DNA of 62,132 nt, filler included, from Choristocarpus tenellus KU-1152 (lineage: Eukaryota; Protista; Phaeophyceae), in the NCBI GenBank assembly GCA_964200185.2. It is 10 parts of 10 records of this genome, joined end to end, with 100 filler letters (N's around TTAATTAATTAA, not from the genome) between each part and the next. Parts side by side here need not be neighbours in the genome. Positions count along the whole stretch, not along the records: positions 23,709 to 29,412 come from CAXNAD020009961.1; positions 29,513 to 33,617 come from CAXNAD020016180.1; positions 33,718 to 39,671 come from CAXNAD020009325.1; positions 39,772 to 45,275 come from CAXNAD020010594.1; 6 more parts are not named here. The stretch is one strand, 5' to 3'. Below, piece after piece: positions 26,800-40,246 of the stretch. Both the position numbers and the translations under genes were made by a program. The notes beneath the pieces were generated by a model that was not told the origin of the DNA, did not search any database, and saw nothing but the letters and a program-made list of their open reading frames with translations. Position 1 is the first letter of the stretch. Each line of letters opens with the position of its first letter.

Positions 26800-28100
26800 T
26801 ATGTTACAGGCAGATAGCGCAAGCATTTCTTCTCATGTGTTAACAAACATTAACATTTGTGGCAGGCGAATAGTACAAGCATTGTTTCTCGCGTTTGAAC
26901 AAGTGCGAGCAATATACGAGATTAGTATCACATATAGATAGCCTTTTATCTTGAATGAGAATTTGAGTCAAGCTTTGAGCTAAGCACTGGGTGGAATATC
27001 AAAAGAGAAGGCTACCTGACACCCTACAAACTGTTACCAAGGGCAACGTCCCCATAGCGTCGTTCTAAGGTCGTTGGATTTGAGTTACACATCCTGTAGA
27101 GGTGAGTTCGGGGATGTGCTGTAACATGGAGGTCCTGCCGCCTCTCCTCAAACTGGAGAGAATACTCCGTATTCACCTCAACACTTAGGATTTTTTGTAG
27201 CTTCCTATGCCTGCCTGGATTCTTTTCTTTTCCCACTTGGGTTTGTGATCTTCATGCAGCGTCTGCGGGGTTTTCGTCTTGGCCACATCGTCTCCGTGGG
27301 TGTGATGGCATCTGTGGCTCCGAGGGAACCATCATCCTTCATTGTTGTACAACAAGCGGTCTCTGACCGCCACATCATCTACCTATAGTCGTAAACGAGT
27401 GGTTGTTGACCGCCATGGTATAGATGTTGTCTAGGTAGTTCTTCCTCGCCATTCGTACAATCACATTCCCCATCTGTTTTTCGTGTATGAGTGAAAGTAT
27501 CTTAGAGGGTATGAGTTTTGCCCTGTTTGTCCATTTGGTGCTTGGCTTCCCATGGGGTTTTTTTATGTCATTTTCCTACTCCAAAATGTTTTGAGTAGGT
27601 CAAATGTATACGTCATGAAAAGGTATGTCCGGAACATGGATATTGACACTTCCTAACAAACATGATAACCAAAATTACATTAAAATCGCAACATTGGGTT
27701 TTGACTCCCAAATGGACGCGGCTCTACCCTCTAAGATACATTGGCTCGTATCACACTGTTCTTTTATTTTACAGGTTTCACTGGGAATCAGTGATTCGGA
27801 GATGTTCCTGCCCAAGGCCAGGCTTTTCGAGAACTCTTGCAGCAGTCGTGACGGCTCAACGTGTTTATGCATCACATCCACACATCAATAACTTTATCCC
27901 TTTTCCACATCAAGCTCGTCGAAAACTCTTGCCTGACTTTCTTAGGACACACAGCAGTCCTTGCAGGTGCTTCGTCTGCAATCGACGTCCCACGCATCAA
28001 AGGACGGCTCTTGCAGGTCCGTTGAGACGACGTTACGACAATTGAGTGGGTTCATATTTCGGTGAGAGAATGCACCCCTTTTGCATGGCCAGCCGAAAAT
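26800..28100 (-). pseudogene. Decayed Sola-like transposase remnant; a homologous remnant lies at ~35920-37200
   Basis: Fragmentary motifs across frameshifts: C..STCKDC, RLLQEFSKSL..., GNVIVRM..KNY (cf. DFxENY), and LGNSL*GV / PC(D)GV (cf. HGKGxCDGxGG). 27051-27128 matches 36565-36642 and 26801-26920 matches 35923-35985. Confidence 0.4.
27489..27747 (+). mobile_element. MITE family A (~258 bp, TIR GAGTGAAAGTATCTTAGAGGGTA), Sola-like, TSD GTAT
   Basis: TIRs at both ends; flanked by GTAT/GTAT. Confidence 0.9.
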
Positions 28101-29705
28101 CGTGGCAAAGGATGCCATGTGTTATTTAAAAAATAAATAGAAAGGTGTGACGCGGAAGGCTGTGGCCATAGCCTAGTTTTCCACTATCAAGTGTATAAGG
28201 TGGACTTGAGGATGCCTTATACATATCAAGTTCTTTTGGGGGGGGATATATATGTGAAGATCAACTCGTTGATTTATACCAACAAACCCAACTCTCCTAC
28301 CCAAATTCCTACCCATATCAAATTATCCTCTATTCTCTACATATTATATACTAGATATTTACTTTACAGATTAGAAGCCAAATTCACCCACTAGGAATTC
28401 GCAGAGAAATCCTTTGGGGAATGAGATGGGTAAACCGTCGAATTAAATCATAACCCAACACTACATCCAGTATCCCTAATGCTAGATCCAATATGTTTAC
28501 ACCACTTTTCTCTGCGGAATCCTTACCCCAACACCGCGCACGATGAAAGCCTAACACCACATCAAACACGTTTACACCATCCGCGCACCAATTCACGCAC
28601 AAGTCTCCATCTTTGTCGACACACTAAACTGTGTGTCTCTCTCGACAAACACAGACACACTCAAATATATGATACCTGGTGTTGAAGAACGAAAGAAACG
28701 ATTTTTCCACATTTACGTTAAATATGTTTAAGGGTACACCCTACTTTAGGTTCATCAATCATATCAGAAAAATTCTGGATATGATCGTGTTGCCATGGAG
28801 GCATACACACTACGTATCCGGTCCACTTGCTCGCAAGCAGAGTCCATTCTCCATACCTTTTGCCACGATATAAGCTTGGGTTTGACCCAGCAGCGATTCG
28901 GCATGGGCCCCTATCATCCAACCATCTGTTTATGGCACTTGTCCTATAATTCAGCGTCTAGTAGTACTATATCTATTTTATTACTAGTGTGAAAGTGTCA
29001 AAGGTGCCAAGTCCTCTGCTCAAGGGGACAATCACAATCACTGGAATGAAACTCCTTCACCTCAGAGGGTGAGACCGAGTTTCAAGGTCTTGGCTCTAAT
29101 CTCATAACAGATCAGTAAATCCAGTACAGAACACCTTTTTCAGAACATGACAGATGTTTCCAGAATGACTGTGCAATGTCACAGCGAAGAAATTGATTTT
29201 TCGGAATCGGAATGGTTCTTCGTTCTGAGGATCCATTTTGGCTGTTTTGGTCAAATCCGGATCTCATGAGAATGACTGTTTCTTTGCACTGGTCGGTATG
29301 GATGAGCTCAAATGACGTGTTTGGCGCGCGCAATTTTATATGACCACGCGTTTTATGCATAGTGTGTGTGTCGGAGAAAAAAAAAAGGAACCTGTCCCTG
29401 ACATTGCCCCCCNNNNNNNNNNNNNNNNNNNNNNNNNNNNNNNNNNNNNNNNNNNNTTAATTAATTAANNNNNNNNNNNNNNNNNNNNNNNNNNNNNNNN
29501 NNNNNNNNNNNNATCACTTCATTCTTAAATTGTTTCTTCTACAGAATCTTCTTTTTCACATGAATAAAAAGACATTCTTAACAGAATGTGTTTCATTTAC
29601 CTAGTGATTCTTGAAATGGGAATATTTCACCTTTATGTGTAGACATTGGAGCACAATCTAATCTGAATCCTTCTGAATCCATCATTGACTCCAAATTTAG
29701 GTTAT

Positions 29706-29965
29706 GAGCCAAAGTATGTTAGAGGGCAGAGCCGTGTCCATTTGGGGACCACAAATCTAATGTTGCAATTTTGATGTAATTTTGACTATCGTATTTGTTT
29801 GGAAGTGTCAATATCCTTGTTCCGGACACAACTTTTCATAATGTACATATTTTACCTCCTCTGAAGAATTTTGGAGTAGGAAAATGTCACAAAAAACCCC
29901 GTTGGAAGCCAAGCCCCAAACGGACAAACAGGGCAAAACACGTACCCTCTAAGATACTTTCACTC
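29706..29965 (-). mobile_element. MITE family A copy
   Basis: Full length, both TIRs, flanks TTAT/TCAT. Confidence 0.9.
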
Positions 29966-30306
29966 TCATGCATGAAGTTTTCAATGGTTGTAGTTTCTGA
30001 CGTAATGAAATGAGACTTACCGTTTTAAAATTTGACCTCTGGTCAGTGCTATTTACCCGTTGAGAACGTGTAGGAGTCAAATCCCAAAAGGAAAAAATGA
30101 TTAGCTCCAGGATCTAGGTCCACAATTAGTCCATGGATCGGTGTATACTTGAGAGCATCCTTGTGACTTGGTGGATAAGGAAACTGTTCCCTTCACGAAT
30201 TTCGTGACTTCAAACAAAAAACACAGCAGTTTGTTACAGTGGCTAGTATGACAAATAGTGATGTGTGTAGTACCTCTGACAACAGTTTGGAATAGTCCCA
30301 GACCCA

Positions 30307-30538
30307 AAGTGAAAATTGTTGTCCATTTGGAGCTTGGCTTCGCACAAGGTTTTCATGGTATTTTCCTACTCCAAAATCTTTCGGAGTAGGTAAAATGTAT
30401 ACGTTATGAAAAGATGTGTTCGGAACAAGGATATTGACACTTGCGAACAAACACAACAGCCAAAATTACATCAAAATCCCAACCTTGGATTTTGACACCC
30501 AAACGGACGCGACTCTACCCTCTAAGATACTTTGACTC
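30307..30538 (+). mobile_element. MITE family A copy (left TIR partly deleted)
   Basis: Internal sequence and right TIR match the family. Confidence 0.85.
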
Positions 30539-30986
30539 AGAGTGGCATATTCATGCACAGTCAAATACCAGAGATGCTCTGGCCAAGTCCCATACACCCA
30601 CCTGTAACTCACAGGTTCCACCATGACACAATGAAAAAATAACTAGATCCAAAAGAGAAACAAAACCTTCAGTCAGCGATGGTCCGTCCACAAACCAGTT
30701 CCACGAAGAAATTCTTGGGTCGACCCTAGTACAGACCCAAAGTTCAGCAGGAAGTGTCACACTGTATGGCAACGTGACCACTTTTGTCTTGCAACATCTA
30801 TACATGATGCCTAACCTTCATAGAGTGTTTTGACTCCATTCGTAACCCACATGTACCACTTTTTAGGGTCTTCTGGAACATTTGAGGTAAGCCTGAAGGA
30901 CTATCACAGCCTTTTTGCCAGTTCTTCTATCGTCCTCATTAGTTTATCGTCTGTAAGTGCCCCAAAGAAGTTAATGCATGAGCAAG

Positions 30987-31244
30987 GAGTGAATGTATCT
31001 TAGAGGGTACGAGGTTTTCCCTGTTTGTCCATTAGGGGCTTGACTTCCCACGTTTTTTATAATGACAATTCACCTACTCCGATTTTTTTTTGAGTGGGTA
31101 AAATGTGTACGTTATGAAAGGTGTGTCTGGAACAAGGATGTTGACACTTCCTAACAAACACGTAGACAAAATTACATCAAAATCGCAACATTGTATTTTG
31201 GCGCCCAAACGGACACAGCTCTACGCTCTAAGATACTTCGACTC
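30987..31244 (+). mobile_element. MITE family A copy, TSD CAAG
   Basis: Both TIRs; CAAG/CAAG flanks. Confidence 0.9.
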
Positions 31245-31535
31245 CAAGCATCATCCATGCATGCCATGAGCGCACAACCAGCTGCCTTCACCATTAGCGC
31301 ATGGCCTCCTTCATGTTGTCACACACAGTTCCCGCCACTCCTTCCTTGTATGTATTGGGTGATACGTACTCTTCCGTTTATGGAACCTCATGCAATCATT
31401 TGAGGAATGCGACATTTGATATGAATCTAGGTGTAATCCTCCTACTTGATTGTCCAAGTCATGCTGCCATCAGAAGAATCTCCATTATCTCAGGATTCCT
31501 TCAAAATTCGAAAGTTAAGCTCTGTGATACACTAT

Positions 31536-31794
31536 GAGTCGAAGTATCTTAGAGGGTAGAACCGCGTCCATTTTGGGGTCAAATCCAATGTTACGGTTTT
31601 GATGTAATTTTGGCTATTGTGTTTGTTAGGAAGTGTAAATATCCTTTTCCGGACATCTTTTCATAACATAAACATTTTACCTACTCCGAAACGTTTTGGA
31701 GTAGGTAAAATGTCATAAAAAAAAAAACATGGGAAGCCAAGCCCCAAATGGACAAGCAGGTCTAAACTTGTACCCTCTTAAGATACTCTCACTC
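31536..31794 (-). mobile_element. MITE family A copy
   Basis: Both TIRs and the internal cctactcc...ggagtagg palindrome. Confidence 0.9.
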
Positions 31795-31829
31795 TATGAT
31801 TGGTTGTATACCTCTTTCCTGTGGTTCAT

Positions 31830-32840
31830 GGACCATCCCCAATTTCCCTTGGATCCATGTCCGGGATCTTGGCAATGGTGTCATAAATATTAATTATTGA
31901 TCCAAAAACAAACTCGCAGTATTCTTGTACTATCTCTGTTCCATAAGTTTGTGCCGCGAAACATCTGGGCTTGCCGAGTGAGGGCGTCGTGGAATTGGAC
32001 GATAACCCCACAGAATGGAATCGGGTTGACAATCTCAGCCTTCAGAAAATGTGCTGGTCAAGGATCATCAGGTATAAACTTGAGGTGCTTCAATCCGTCG
32101 GATTAAGGGTCGTTTGGGATGAAATTGTACCCAGAACTGGGCACATTGAGGGTCGGAATGTCTGCACGGCGACCCCCCACATTGGAAGGGTGCCCAAGCG
32201 TCCCTGAATACCAGGGTTGTGCTTGCAGTGTGGCACATCATCAAGCCGGTCCCTGGTGAGCATAAATTGCTGCAACACGTTGACCCAACCCTCACAGCAG
32301 AGTTTGTTGTGTCCGAGAGTTGTATCTGACACGCTGGGCTGCAGCCTCGACACTGTCCCTCTTGTTCTTCTCCTGAAGTTGGTCGACTCCCTCCTCTATC
32401 TCGTCCTCTGTCATCATTTACGACTTCAGATGAGGGGGCAAAGCTTTATTGCCATCGTCTGGAAGGTAGAACACTGAGTAAACGTACGCCCCTGAACCGT
32501 CCACGTGAACATTGCTGACCTTCCCCTGTATGATCGACTCCCACTCGCGCATAGGATGAAGCTGATTCCTCGGCCGAACCTGGCGTCGGATGTGTCCCCT
32601 AGTCTGAGTTGCCTGGAGATGCGAGCAGGTATCCCACCGAGGGATTGCCGGTTGGATTCTGAGGTGAACCTCTGATATTGTCCAGGCAGGATCGTGAATG
32701 TGTTGTCCAGGTGGTTGTGGTGGATGTCTATGAAGTCCGGGACGATGATATAGCCTGAAGGGGCATGACGCTGGACCCGGTTGTGCATCCTGCATCACCA
32801 CAGTTGCAGGGGCTGTTTTGGTGTGCGGGACTATTGGCAT
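31830..32840 (-). pseudogene. Decayed coding region with Tudor-like motifs
   Basis: The frame of ORF 32418-32840 continues through several stops and contains GKVSNVHVDGSGAYVYSVFY and LGQRVAAIYA...WYSGTL. Confidence 0.3.
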
Positions 32841-33563
32841 GTGTTTGCGCGTGATGGCCTTGTTTGGTTGTATAGGGGTGTTGTTTGTTTTAGTTTTGAA
32901 GAATGGAGAGTTTTATGTAGGAGGATAGAGAATACACTTAGACAGCTAAGTAAAGGAATGGGATACACTTGTTTGCCCTATGGAACTTGTAAAATATTAT
33001 GTGAAAGTTGACGCTTGTGGTTGTAGAGTAGGAGAAAGAAATGACACTGCTTTGGATGTCAGGGTTGGACGTTATGGGAGGATTTTATTTGTATATGAGG
33101 GGATACCAGGGGATATGCAACATGTGTATATAGACAGCGTGGATTCATTCGTGTGGAGCATTGTTCTCTTATTAACAATAATAAGCGTTTCTCGCCTTGT
33201 CCGTTCGTGACATGCGAATAATTGGCACTCCATCAACAAAACTAGTACTCAGCACCTCGAAGTTTTCAGTGACAAAAACGATCTCATCTCCAGCACTGAA
33301 CATTCCTCCGTAGCTGGAGTGGTGCCTGGCATTCCATTGGATCGTGTCCTTGCGGTGGACAGTGAACGGCAAGAGCTCTATACCATTGTGCTCCGATGAC
33401 TGCGTCCACACAATGCATATGTTCCCCTCAGCGAGTTGTCTCTTCTTCCTCGACAGTTGGCTTCTCAGATACATATCGCCCGTTCCTGTTTCCGTGGAAA
33501 ATCCGAGGTCTATCTCTTTAAGCGGGGGCATGTGGGTTAGTTTCCACCTGCACTGGGCCACAT

Positions 33564-33890
33564 GGGTCAAAGTATCTGGGGGGGGGGGGGGGGGGGTTTG
33601 TGAGGGAGCGGAAGAGCNNNNNNNNNNNNNNNNNNNNNNNNNNNNNNNNNNNNNNNNNNNNTTAATTAATTAANNNNNNNNNNNNNNNNNNNNNNNNNNN
33701 NNNNNNNNNNNNNNNNNGGGGGGGGGGGGTGGGGGGAGGTCTACACCAGGGTGCCCATTTGGACCAAAATCAGGAAAAGTGCATTTTCATTATCCATCCA
33801 ACGTATGCAACCAAATCCCACAAAAATCGCGACATGAAAAAATTGACCCCAAACAAACAGCTGCCACCCCTCCCCCAGACACTTTGAGCC
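33564..33890. mobile_element. MITE family B fragments on both sides of a linker (33564-33617, 33718-33890); other ends at 23709-23733, 39642-39671, 48774-48802, 53333-53371, 53472-53579
   Basis: TIR G(G/A)(G/C)TCAAAGTATCTGGGGGG. The interior matches the full copy at 54918-55171. Confidence 0.8.
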
Positions 33891-35580
33891 TGGACATTTG
33901 ATGAGATAGTAGTCTAGGGCTGGAGCAGAGAAGTGGCTGGAAAGAGCTATACAAAGGAAAAATCAACTGTTGTCCATTGCTTTGAGAGTATTCTGAAGTG
34001 CCAGTCCACAACTACCATTACGGTAGTTATCTTTTTAATAAACAGTACTAGACCACAACAACTCATCTTCCTGTTTTTTTACGTGTCTACCAGACTCAGC
34101 AGGCACACTTGGAGCACACCATTACACTACAGCATCAGACCCCTAGAGGGGAAAGGCAGCAGGATATGGACCTCCCACTTGCAACAGGAACGACATTTCA
34201 TGAAGAACAAGCCTTAGAAAGGACAGGAGTGAACAGTGCTGGAGAGGTGAGAGGGATCAAAGAATCCAAGATAGACTCCAACAGTGATATTGGTCTGCAA
34301 CATGAACTAAAGGAAGGACTGCAAGTCAACAAATCGCTACAAGAGGTCATATTTGACTGCCAGTGTCTCGCCCTCATTCAGTTGAAACCAAAACTGAGTG
34401 GTATAGTGGGGGATAATACTCTTAGAATTCCAGAGCATGCCCACTCATGAAGGGGTTCAGGAGTTCAGTATGGCGTGGAAGAGTTTAGCTGATTTTTGCA
34501 GCGACACTGAATACGTGTTGACCCAGTCAAGGACAATTTATCCTCATATAAATATGGCCACCAATTACTACTAATGACACCTGGGAGATTAGTGGGTTCG
34601 ATAGCAAGCCTTACATTATGTACTGACAATCACCACACTCATCACTAGCACCCTCCCCCTGGTGAGAACATATATTTTAGGTTGTCACATGGACACATTA
34701 AAATACTGTGTACTTTTATGAAATTCATCCTCCCCCGTGCACCCACTCTGGATCATGAGCGACTCTCCCTCGCCCCAGTTGTGCAAATACAGTGCGTGGA
34801 TAAATGTGCAACATCGAAGCCCTCCCCAAGTACAGCACTCATTGAAGAAACGGCAACTTTATAACAATCCTAACCCATTACCATGTTCAGCAAGATCACA
34901 CGGAAGCACCCAAGCAAATCAGCACAGAAGATGAGTGTACGAAGGTTGGAAGGCAGGAACTCAGTACCAACAAGAAGAAAAATGGACTGTCTGACAAGAT
35001 GCTAAGGGGGGATGGGATGCCCCCACAGCAAAATGGGGAGATATATGTGAAGGATGAGGAAGAAATGTTGAGTAGTGTTGGGAAGACGCCAGGGAGGATT
35101 ACTAGGAGCACCCCCGCCACTTCAATATCCTCAACGTCACCGCCTCAGCAACCTGCCAGATCGCCATCGCCACTCAAAGCATGGTTCTCTAAAACATTTA
35201 ACCAATAGGGACCAACTTAGGCGAGGAAGATTGTACTGAGATATACTTCAGAGTACTCTGCAGTCTGCAGTGTTTTTTTGCATATATATTGTAAACCTTT
35301 TTGTATTCCACTGGGCTGAGAGGCTCAGGTATCGTACCTCAGGATATATATTGAACCATGGATATGCACCAATACTACCATCTAGATCTATGTGTTCATG
35401 CTTTTTCTTTGCAAGCTTCCGAGAATATTAATGTTTATACCACGTACAAGTACAGTACTACTCCAGAGTATGGAGTATGACAAAGTACAAAGTACGCAAC
35501 CAGTAGAGTTGTGAATTGTAGTGATTGAATCATCACAATACATCTGAAGGATAGCCAGTATAATACGAAAACCTTTCATT

Positions 35581-35838
35581 GAATCAAAGTATCTTAGAGG
35601 GTAGGGCCGCGTCCATTTGGGGACCAAAATCCAACATTGCAATTTTGATGTAATTTTGTCGATCATGTTTGTTAGGAGATGTCAATATCATTGTTCTGGA
35701 CACACCTTTTCATAACGTATACATTTTACCTATTCCAAAACATTTTGGAGTAGGTGAAATGTCATTAAAAGCCCGTGGGAAGCCAAATCCCAATGGACAA
35801 ATAGGGAAAAACTCGTACCCTCTAAGATACTTTCACTC
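35581..35838 (-). mobile_element. MITE family A copy
   Basis: Both TIRs and conserved interior. Confidence 0.9.
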
Positions 35839-36094
35839 AATAGTTGGATATTTCGATATGTGTATGCATGCTGCATGCCTGCTAAAAAAATATGGCCCCT
35901 AGCAGCTACCAGGAGCTTTTCGTGTTACAGGCGAATAGCGCGAGCATTTCTTTCTGCGTGTCAAAACGTGCGAACAGTATACATAACTAAGAATTCGTAT
36001 AAGAGGAACTTTGAATTGATAGAAGATGCAGAGTAAGATTCGAAATGCATACATAATCTTACAGAATAGATGTCAATTCCTGAAAGTTGCAGAA

Positions 36095-36352
36095 GAGGCA
36101 AAGTATCTTAGAGGGTAGAGCCGTGTCCATTTGGGGTCCAAAATCCAATGTTGCGATTTTGATGTAATTTTGACCATCGTGTTTGTTAGGAAGTGTCAAT
36201 ATCCTTGTTCCAGATCCACCTTTTCATAACATATACATTTTACCTACTCCAAAATATTTTGGAGTAGGAAAATATCATAAAAACCCCAAGGGAAGTCAAG
36301 CCTCAAATGGACAAACAGGTCAAAACTCGTACCCTCAAAGATACTTTCGCTC
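36095..36352 (-). mobile_element. MITE family A copy, TSD AGAA
   Basis: Both TIRs; AGAA/AGAA flanks; internal palindrome cctactccaaaa-ta-ttttggagtagg. Confidence 0.92.
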
Positions 36353-37833
36353 AGAATAAAGATTTATTATTGGAGTATTTACACAGCAGTTTGCAGACGT
36401 CATTTTACTCTTTGGCTGTAGAAAAGCGGTGAATGATGTTAATAAAAGGCTGAGTTGTTGACCGCAGTCCTTTTGATTCTTACCCTCTTTTAATAAAGCG
36501 AAAAGCGAGACATTGACTGAGCTAAGCATCAACTGACACCATACATGGTCATCATCTGTGGACCCCGCACAGCGTCGTTTTAAGGTCGTTGGATTTGTGT
36601 TACACATTCTGTGGAGGTGAGTTCAGGGGCGCGCTTTAACATGTGTACTTTCCCTCGCAGGTTTTGTAGACGTTTTGGTTTGGATGCAGTATGTCGATTT
36701 TCTACTAGCCAATTGAAGTCATTCACACAAATATATTTGATTTGCAACCCTAGCAACAATTGATTGTAAGAAGAACGTGCTTGGGAGCTCAGGAGTGTGA
36801 GTGACAGCGCCACACTTCGCGTCTCTTCACTAAAATATATTCAAAACAAGAACACACCATACATGTGATAATATCAGAAGTACTGGTCTGTATGAATGGT
36901 GGCATTCTCAACCACATACTTTCATACACATTTGACTTCGTCAAAATAAAAAATGTCCATCACTTCTCCACACCACAAAATGGTATGGACAAAACCACTA
37001 AAAATGTTCAGACCACTAGCCGCAGCAAAGAATACTCCATACGCATTATGTAATACTTTGAAGTAGATGAGACTTAACTTTGCTTCAAATTCCCACCATC
37101 TACATTTACCTTTGCCTGTCTCGGAGTAGTACATATGCATACATTAATTTCAGTACGGTTTGCACAAATGCAGCATTCGAAGTGTGATAATTTTGAGAAC
37201 AAGTGAAAGTGATAATAAGACACACCCATCACGTTTCAAGAGCAGTCAGTAGAGTGCACAATTGGAGGTACAGAAAATGCCCTGGTTTCCTGCTGGATAT
37301 GCCTTATGCTGATCCCAGAACATAGTCAAGATCGTTTTTAAGAAAACCCAACTCTTGCCAAGGCTATCCCACTCATGTCCCCAATTGTGTTTGCACACTA
37401 CCAATGTTGTGCAATAATCCAGAGCACATGCATTATTCCTGTATGCACACTTGAACTGGGCATGATAAATTCACCAAACAAGGGGGTTTCAAAAAAGACT
37501 TAGAAGGCATTTGCATGTCCTACATGATCATTTGTCCTCCTTTTTCCTACACACGCGAGTGAGTATTTTAACAACTGAAGTTCACGTGAGACCCTACTCT
37601 ACCTCAGCCTTCACAACTCTCACTCTAATACTAATATCTACTAGTGTACAACGGATATGACAAGGGACTTTTTCCCTGGCAACCATTAATCAGTTTCAGT
37701 ACTTAAAAAGAATGAAAGTAGGTTGTAGTTTTCCTGTAAGGACCTATCGTAAAGGATATTTCACATTTTTGGCATATTTGAACAAAACCAGAGTTGTGAA
37801 TAATCGCGATTCAATAACGTCGATTCGTTTAAT

Positions 37834-37930
37834 GAGTGAAAGTATCTTAGAGGGTACGAGTTTTGCCCTGTTTATTCATTGGGGACTTAGCTTTCCTCGA
37901 GGTTTTTATGACATTTTCGTACTCCAAAAT
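37834..37930 (+). mobile_element. MITE family A truncated copy
   Basis: One TIR plus ~75 bp of interior. Confidence 0.85.
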
Positions 37931-39771
37931 CTCACCTGATTGACTAATCACACTTGTCATGTCAAAAGTACATTAGTTCGTTTTGTTCACTGATTGGTGA
38001 TTTAAAATTCCCTATTCTGTTGAGAGTAACTGCATCGACAAGGTTTTGCATTTACCTATTATCTAGACACTACAAAAACATTTTGTAAGTCATAATGGTA
38101 GAAACAGTGGTGAAATGCCTTCATCTCATGTGTAAATATATATTCCCGAGTACATAAAAGTTTGACAAATATCGTAACAGTAGATACAGCACGCAAAAAG
38201 CTCCTCGTGCTATGCGTAAAGTTGCAAGCATCATTTTTGAAGATACAGAGCTTTATGAAATTAATTTACGAGTACTGCCGCTTAGAAAACTGAACATCAT
38301 ATATTGATGTCTACAAAAAAGAACCAAGTCCTATTTCTCCAACAACGTAATATCCCTGCTCAATCAATCTTGACCAGGGATATGGAAAACTCAAGCAATT
38401 TTATTGACAAGAATAAAGCAATAGTTTTCAATTGTATTACTGCTTCTGAAAACTCAACCCTTTCAGAACTAATATCATGACACACACACACCTTGTCAGT
38501 TCTGATACATTGTGACCCACTTGACCTGAGAATAACTATCCCTTCATCTGTTATGACCCATCACCTGTGACAGAACCCGATGAATGCTCCACACGAGCTG
38601 AAAGATATGAACGAGTTGGTAAGAACAATGGACGATGAAATTTTACAGGAGGATTTTAAGGTGGAATTTATGGTGGAAGATGGCAACAATGACAACGTCA
38701 AAGCTGACGAATCTGAGCCTGAAATGCAATAATGACTGTAAGAAGACGACCCAGCAAAACTTGAAGTAATCAAAGTACACTCAGAGTACTCCAAGCATTC
38801 TCTTTTATTAAAATGCTCTGCACTGCCAACCAAAACAATTTGATCGACCAAAAACATATCCTATGAGTCCTGTGTATATCAGCATTCCAATGACACAGGT
38901 TTCACGTCGCGAACATGTAAAAAAATCGTGAAAATATGAAAACAACAAAAATACTCTCAAAAACAGACTTAATCCCTTTTATAGATAATGCAGTCAATTG
39001 CACGCTGTATTGTGAATTGATGGTGTTACTATAGCTTTCATTTCACATATATTCCATGTGATTAATCCACATGCAGCAGATCTTACAGTCGTTTGAATGC
39101 CTCCAGTCTACTTGGTGAGGCTGGAGTATTTTCTCCGAATTTGGTCAAAAATGGAACGTACCTTGGGTTCCAGGTTGAGTTAGGACCTCAAACCAACTGC
39201 ATCAAGTCCCACTTGCTACCACAATTACATTCTTATTTTGTTGTTGTCTAACTCAAAAATTACAGAAGATATGTAAAAAATATTTAATACTACTTAAATA
39301 GTATGCATAGCAACAAGCGGGGGAGGAACCTATCACCCCACGCCAACACATCAAGGAGGCTGTACGGGACGAGTCAGATCGATATAGGGCCCTGCCCCAA
39401 AAGCCAACTTAAAGATCCAGGTACTAGAGATTGCACAGACACCCTGAAATTGTAGTTCAAAAATGCCACAGAACTGCCACGACTTGACAACCTTCCCCAT
39501 GAGATACTCACTATGTTCAGATATTCCATCGAAGGCTGACACGGCTCTTCCACCTTTGACAGTCGAGATCAACAATCTTCTAGGGCAAACCCGTGACTAC
39601 CTGATTTATGTGTAATACTTGATATTATTTATGTCTCATTTGGGTCAAAGTATCTGGGGGGGGGTGTCGGCNNNNNNNNNNNNNNNNNNNNNNNNNNNNN
39701 NNNNNNNNNNNNNNNTTAATTAATTAANNNNNNNNNNNNNNNNNNNNNNNNNNNNNNNNNNNNNNNNNNNN

Positions 39772-40210
39772 CCCCAGCCACTCCCCCTCCCCCAGCTAAC
39801 ACATTCCCCAGTGCCTGGTATGTCTCTTCCACTCTTCGATTCTCCCCTATACTCCCACCAACTCTGTCACCTGACAGTCTCCCATCATCAACTGAAGTCT
39901 TTCTCCAGGATGATATCGTCTCCAATATCCTCCCATTGGGCTGCTGCTCTCCCTCAACAAGAGCATCTCGGGATGAAGAACTTACACCCATACCAGACCC
40001 CCCCACTGGAAGGGTTGCCTCTGGCAAAGATTGCCCTCGGAATTTGTGCTCCCAGTGTTCAACTTGTCTCTTCAGTGATGTTCTACTTTTATCTAGTTCT
40101 TCAACCCTCAGCCGCAGGGACATCACCTGATTGGTCAAAAGAGTTTGATGTACATGAGATTACCACAAGATTCCGTACGAACCAGCACACACAGCAGTAA
40201 ACAAGATGGG

Positions 40211-40246
<36 letters not shown>

